DNA from: Candidatus Krumholzibacteriia bacterium
GTDB taxonomy: Bacteria; Krumholzibacteriota; Krumholzibacteriia; LZORAL124-64-63
Direction of reading: 5' to 3'
Assembly: GCA_046484865.1 (NCBI GenBank)
Contig: JAWOID010000018.1
Coordinates: 1-64,000, forward strand
Length of the DNA: 64,000 nt
Positions 59,774-64,000 of the stretch are shown here, piece by piece. The notes beneath the pieces are model-generated. The model was given only the letters and a program-made list of their open reading frames with translations, had not been told where the DNA came from and searched no databases. Position 1 is the first letter of the stretch. Each line of letters opens with the position of its first letter. The position numbers were made by a program, and so were the translations under genes.

Positions 59774-59798
59774 AACACCACCCCCCTCGCGAGGTTCC
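59774..59798 (-). promoter_or_regulatory. Putative autoregulatory ECF promoter GGAAC-N17-GTT
   Basis: GGAAC-CTCGCGAGGGGGGTGGT-GTT upstream of the ECF sigma gene. Confidence 0.55.
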
Positions 59799-59916
59799 GC
59801 CCGGAGTCGCGAATACCCGGGCGCCGGCGGACTCGCCGCCGCGGATTCCCCTGCACGCGAAAGCGGGGAAACCGCTGTCGCGGCGCCCCATTCCCCTCGC
59901 GGCTCTGGGCATGAAG

Positions 59917-60819
59917 CTACGGAGACTCGATGAGATCGGCCAGCGGCCAGACGGGGACGAACGTCTCCCAGCCCGGATGCCGGACCGGCTGCGCGCCCCG
60001 GTGTCGGAGCGCCACCGACCCCGTGCGCCGCGAGGAGGTCACCACGAGCCGAGGCTCGCCGATCTGGCCGCCGGCCCAGCGGAAGGTGACGATCTCGGCA
60101 TCGGCGCCACGGCCCCGGCCGCGCTGCACGAGATCACGCCGCAGACATCCGCGCGGAGCCCGGAGCGGCGGCGGCGCCTCGTCGTCCGTCGGAACCGCGA
60201 CCGCCATCTCCGGCGACAGTCGGGGCAGTTCCACCCGCGCCGCCCCGGTCGCCGTCAGGCCCGGGCGGCGCCAGCCCGCCGTTCGCCGCTCTCCATCGCG
60301 CCGGGGGTCCGGCACCGGCGGACCCGCCTCGACGCGTTCGACGACCTGTTCCAGCAGGGTCGCGAGCGCGGCGGGCGCCTCGCGCCAGCGGGCTCCCCAC
60401 GGCTTGAGCAGGGGACCGTCACCGCCGGCAGTCACCGCCTCGGTGCCCGAGGCCGTGAAGGTCCACCCCTCGCCCTGCCGGCGCAGCAGTTCATCCGTCA
60501 CGTGCGCGGCCCCGTGATCAGCTCGCCCATCTCGCGGCTCCGCCAGGATCTCCAGGCGCAACTCGCCCGCCCTCCCGCGCAACCACGCAGCCCGGCCGCT
60601 CACCGTCCGGCCGAGGACCCCGGCCTCCCAGACGGCATGGTGCAACAGAGCCGGCTCGCCATCCGGCGCGGTCGCCGTGTCCGGGGTCGTCGTCGCCGGA
60701 GGTTGCGGGAGTTGCTGACTCGCTGCGGTCACCGGACCCGCGGCGACGGCCAGCGCCAGGGCGCACACGATGCGCCGATCCGCGCGCGGTTTTCCCCGCG
60801 CCCGGGGAAAGAGCGTCAC
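59917..60819 (-). CDS. Hypothetical exported protein
   Basis: Coupled to the TPR gene (4-nt overlap); signal-like N-terminus; no family recognised. Confidence 0.55.
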   Translation of the reverse strand: MTLFPRARGKPRADRRIVCALALAVAAGPVTAASQQLPQPPATTTPDTATAPDGEPALLHHAVWEAGVLGRTVSGRAAWLRGRAGELRLEILAEPRDGRADHGAAHVTDELLRRQGEGWTFTASGTEAVTAGGDGPLLKPWGARWREAPAALATLLEQVVERVEAGPPVPDPRRDGERRTAGWRRPGLTATGAARVELPRLSPEMAVAVPTDDEAPPPLRAPRGCLRRDLVQRGRGRGADAEIVTFRWAGGQIGEPRLVVTSSRRTGSVALRHRGAQPVRHPGWETFVPVWPLADLIESP

Positions 60820-62678
60820 GGCTTCGCCTCCTCCTCGAGTTCCGCCAGCAGCCTGTGGAGATGCTCCTCGTCGCCGCCCGCCTCCAGGGCGCGCCGCAGC
60901 ACCGCCCTGGCCTCGTCGGTCCGGCCGAGGGCACGCAGGGTGAGCCCCATGTGCTCCAGGATCACCGGATTCTCGGGGAATGCGTTCGCCGCTTCGACCA
61001 GCCGGTCGAACGCCGCCTCGTACTCGCCCCTCTGGTAGTGGACCCAGCCGAGCGAGTCGAGGTACGCACCGTTGTCCGGTTCCACCTTCAGCGCGGCCCG
61101 GATCAACTGCTCGGCGTGATCGAGATCTTCGCCCCGCTCCGCCAGCATGTAGCCCAGCGTGTTCGCCAGGTCGGCCTCCTCGGGAAACTCGCGGCGGAGT
61201 TGCTCGAGCAGCTCGCGCGCGGCCTCCGGCTGGCCGAGCTCGTCCTTGCAGAAGGCGAGCTGCACGCGGGCATCGAGGCGCAGCTCCGGGTCTCCCGCCG
61301 CGACGACGAAGTGCTCCGCGGCCCGCCCGAGTTCGCCGAGCGTCCGGAACGCATGGCCGAGGACCATGTGCCCGGGGTGATCGCCGGCCTGCACCATCGC
61401 CGCCGCCGCGTCACTCTGCTGCCGCAACTCGCCCCGGAAGGCCACGGCTGACGCCGTCGTCGCCGTGCTGTCCAGGTCAGAACCGCCGGCCAGCAGCAGG
61501 ATCTGCACCAGGGTGGTGCGCACGTCCGGTTCGTACGGCTCCAGCTCCGCCGCGCGCCGCAGGTGGGGCAGCGCATCGTCGAACCTGCGCTGCCGCGCCA
61601 GAAGCCGGCCCTGAAGGTACTCGGCCCAGCCCGAATCGGGCCAGCGCGCCCGCACCTCCCCGATCACCTCCTCGGCCTCCTCGCCGTCGCCCAGGCCCAG
61701 CAGGAGCCGGCCCAGCCAGAGGCTCTCCTCCTCGCCGGGCCGGCCACCGCCGCGCCGTTGCTGCAGGATGGCCACGGCCTCCCGGTAGTGGCCCCGGCGC
61801 GCCAGCAGGTCCGCCAGTTCCAGCCCGTACGACCGGGCGGCGGCGTTCTGCGCTCCCGCCTCCACACCGTCCCGATCGCCGGACGCCTCGCCTTGCGCCA
61901 CGGCCAGGGAGTCGGCCGTCGTCGCCAGGTTCCGGGCAGCCTCGAGCCGTTCGTCGTCGACGAGCAGGTGCAAGAGGCCGAGCCGGAGCGGACGCGAGTC
62001 CGGCGCGACGGTGAGGGCCTCGCGCAGCAGCTGCTCGAGTTCGGCACGATCGCCGTGGCGTTCGATCAGCGACGCCATCATCACGTAGATCTGCTCCGCC
62101 TGTTCGGGCCGGTCGCGCAGCAGGAGCCGATACGTCGCCAGGGCCTCGTCCGTGCGCCCCACCTGCACCAGCAGGCCCGCCTCCAGCAACGCCAGGTCCC
62201 CGTCGTGCTCCAGCGAGCCGACCGTCACGGAGTCGGCCCCGGCAGCCTCGAGGGTCTTGACCAGGGCGACCTGCCGCAGCGCATCCTCGTACCGGCCCAG
62301 ATCGGCGAGCAGCAGCGCGCGCTGCTGCTCCAGATCGCGGCGGTCGGGATGAACGGCGCGCAGCGCGTCGAGCACCTTCAGCGCCTCCCCGCGCTGACCG
62401 GTCGCCAGCAGGGCCGACAGGTACGGCAGCGCGAACTCCTCCTGGTCCGGCGCGGCGAGATAGGCCGTGGACAGGTGCACCAGGGCTTCCCGCAGCTCGC
62501 CCCGCTCGAGCAGCCCCTTGCCCAGGAGATACGCCGAGGCGGATCCCTGCGGCAGGCTCTCGCTCACCAGAGAGTCGGGACGCACCACGTCGGGCGGCAG
62601 TCCGCGGCCCGCCGGCAAGTCGGCCGGAACCGCCACCGACAGCAGCAGCGACCAGATCAGGATCAGAGGATAGGGCAT
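60816..62678 (-). CDS. Tetratricopeptide-repeat exported protein
   Basis: Signal peptide; many TPRs; NTLGYMLAE..EPDNGAYLDSLGWVHY..EHMG. Confidence 0.88.
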   Translation of the reverse strand: MPYPLILIWSLLLSVAVPADLPAGRGLPPDVVRPDSLVSESLPQGSASAYLLGKGLLERGELREALVHLSTAYLAAPDQEEFALPYLSALLATGQRGEALKVLDALRAVHPDRRDLEQQRALLLADLGRYEDALRQVALVKTLEAAGADSVTVGSLEHDGDLALLEAGLLVQVGRTDEALATYRLLLRDRPEQAEQIYVMMASLIERHGDRAELEQLLREALTVAPDSRPLRLGLLHLLVDDERLEAARNLATTADSLAVAQGEASGDRDGVEAGAQNAAARSYGLELADLLARRGHYREAVAILQQRRGGGRPGEEESLWLGRLLLGLGDGEEAEEVIGEVRARWPDSGWAEYLQGRLLARQRRFDDALPHLRRAAELEPYEPDVRTTLVQILLLAGGSDLDSTATTASAVAFRGELRQQSDAAAAMVQAGDHPGHMVLGHAFRTLGELGRAAEHFVVAAGDPELRLDARVQLAFCKDELGQPEAARELLEQLRREFPEEADLANTLGYMLAERGEDLDHAEQLIRAALKVEPDNGAYLDSLGWVHYQRGEYEAAFDRLVEAANAFPENPVILEHMGLTLRALGRTDEARAVLRRALEAGGDEEHLHRLLAELEEEAKP

Positions 62679-62721
62679 GCTTTCGCCTTCGGCGCGGGGC
62701 TGGGAACGCGCACATCGGGGT

Positions 62722-63531
62722 TCAATCGGGCAGGCCGTCGAGAAGTTCCGGGTCGTTCTCCAGCCGCTCGAGGGCCTCCCGTGCCGCACGTTGCTCGGCC
62801 GTCTTCTTGTTGCGCCCCTCTCCCTGGCCCAGTAGCACGCCGTTGAAGCTCACCCCGACGCTGAAGACGCGCGCGTGATCGGGGCCTTCCGCGGAAACCA
62901 CCCGGTAACGCGGCGGCGTCTTGTAGCGGGCCTGGATCAGCTCCTGCAGCCGGCTCTTGTAGTTGCCCAGCGAGCGCCGCGCCAGTACCCGGTCACTGCC
63001 GTCCAGGATCGCGCGCCGGATCACGCCGTGGGCTGCGACCAGGCCTCCGTCGAGGTAGACCGCGCCGATGAGCGCCTCCATGGTATCGGCCAGGATGCTC
63101 GACCGCTTGCGCCCGCCGGTGGCGGCCTCGCTGCGGCTCATCTGGATATGGTCGCCGAGCGACAGGTCGCCGGCCACCTCCGACAGGCGGGTACCGCAGA
63201 CGAGGAGCGACTTCATCTTGGTGAGGTCCCCTTCCGAGCGTTCGGGGAAGCGCCGGAACAGGTACTCGTTGACCACCAGGCCGAGGACCGCGTCGCCCAG
63301 GAATTCCAGGCGCTCGTTCGACTGCACGCGGTCGTTGCGGGTGACATGGATGTGCGACCGGTGCAGGAGCGCACGCTCGAGGAGTTCCAGGTCGGTGAAG
63401 GCGTAGCCGAGCTTCGCCTGCAAGACGTCGTGGTGTTCGAATCGCTGGAGCGGCACCCCGGGTTCGGCTTGCTCCTTGCCCGGACCGCGCAACAGGCCGC
63501 GAAGTCGTCGCCAGGCGCCCGTCATCATCAT
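62722..63531 (-). CDS. rnc: Ribonuclease III
   Basis: [28 protein letters not shown], ds[23 protein letters not shown]. Confidence 0.97.
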   Translation of the reverse strand: MMMTGAWRRLRGLLRGPGKEQAEPGVPLQRFEHHDVLQAKLGYAFTDLELLERALLHRSHIHVTRNDRVQSNERLEFLGDAVLGLVVNEYLFRRFPERSEGDLTKMKSLLVCGTRLSEVAGDLSLGDHIQMSRSEAATGGRKRSSILADTMEALIGAVYLDGGLVAAHGVIRRAILDGSDRVLARRSLGNYKSRLQELIQARYKTPPRYRVVSAEGPDHARVFSVGVSFNGVLLGQGEGRNKKTAEQRAAREALERLENDPELLDGLPD

Positions 63532-63555
63532 GTTTGCGGCCTTCTCTGCCGGGTC

Positions 63556-63999
63556 TCAGCGTCGCGCACCGAAGCAGAGCGAGACGTTGTGCCCTCCGAA
63601 GCCGAACGAGTTCGAGAGCGCGTACTCGACGTCGCGCTCCACCGACTGGTTGGGGCAGTAATCGAGATCGCACTCGGGGTCGGGGGTCTGCAGGTTGATG
63701 GTGGGCGGCAGCACGCCGTGGTGCAGGGCCAGCACGGTGACGGCCGCTTCCAGGCCACCGGCCGCGCCGAGAGTGTGCCCGACCATCGACTTCGTGGCAC
63801 TGACGATCAGGGAGTCCGCATGGGCGCCGAAGGTGTCGCGAATCGCCTTGGTCTCGATCTTGTCGTTGTACGGCGTCGACGTCCCGTGCGCGTTGATGTA
63901 GCCGATGGCCTCGGGCTGCAGCCCCGCGCTCTCGATCGCCAGGCGCATGCAGCCGGCGCCGCCGACGCCGTCGTTGTCCGGCTGGGTCATGTGGAACGC
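63556..63999 (-). CDS. fabF: Beta-ketoacyl-ACP synthase II, 3' part (starts beyond the right edge)
   Basis: [38 protein letters not shown]. Confidence 0.95.
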   Translation of the reverse strand, partial: AFHMTQPDNDGVGGAGCMRLAIESAGLQPEAIGYINAHGTSTPYNDKIETKAIRDTFGAHADSLIVSATKSMVGHTLGAAGGLEAAVTVLALHHGVLPPTINLQTPDPECDLDYCPNQSVERDVEYALSNSFGFGGHNVSLCFGARR

Positions 64000-64000
64000 G

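Overview
High-GC chromosomal window from a diderm bacterium. A short Bacteroidetes-type sigma70, LptE, DUF4837 and a C-terminal TWxxVKxLYR-type motif suggest an FCB-group lineage such as Krumholzibacteriota/Latescibacterota (inference). It contains a near-perfect dif site (17517-17544), so it probably spans the replication terminus, and almost all genes to its right point towards dif. Most of the window is housekeeping: trxA, holA, lptE, recN-nadK-dxs-ispA-folD-rny-6S RNA-zapA, pheST, rplT-rpmI-infC-thrS, sigma70, dnaK, rnc, fabF, five tRNAs, and scattered polysaccharide genes. No mobile element or CRISPR array was seen. The most unusual region is 1-8535, a candidate undescribed envelope signalling/export system. 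It comprises a divergent FHA-GAF regulator, an RsbW-like kinase, a STAS protein, an ECF sigma and membrane anti-sigma, a membrane-anchored protein of about 45 in-register 9-residue repeats, a HExxH-peptidase/beta-propeller/beta-barrel outer-membrane protein, and a PrsW protease. A shared CCAAC-N16-TGTA promoter-like motif precedes both the sigma gene and the repeat gene. Other points of interest are an OPT-PqqD(RRE)-MFSD1-like operon, pre-tRNA leaders that pair with the NCC end in all five tRNAs, and an orphan ParA. All family calls come from motif recognition by eye, not database searches.
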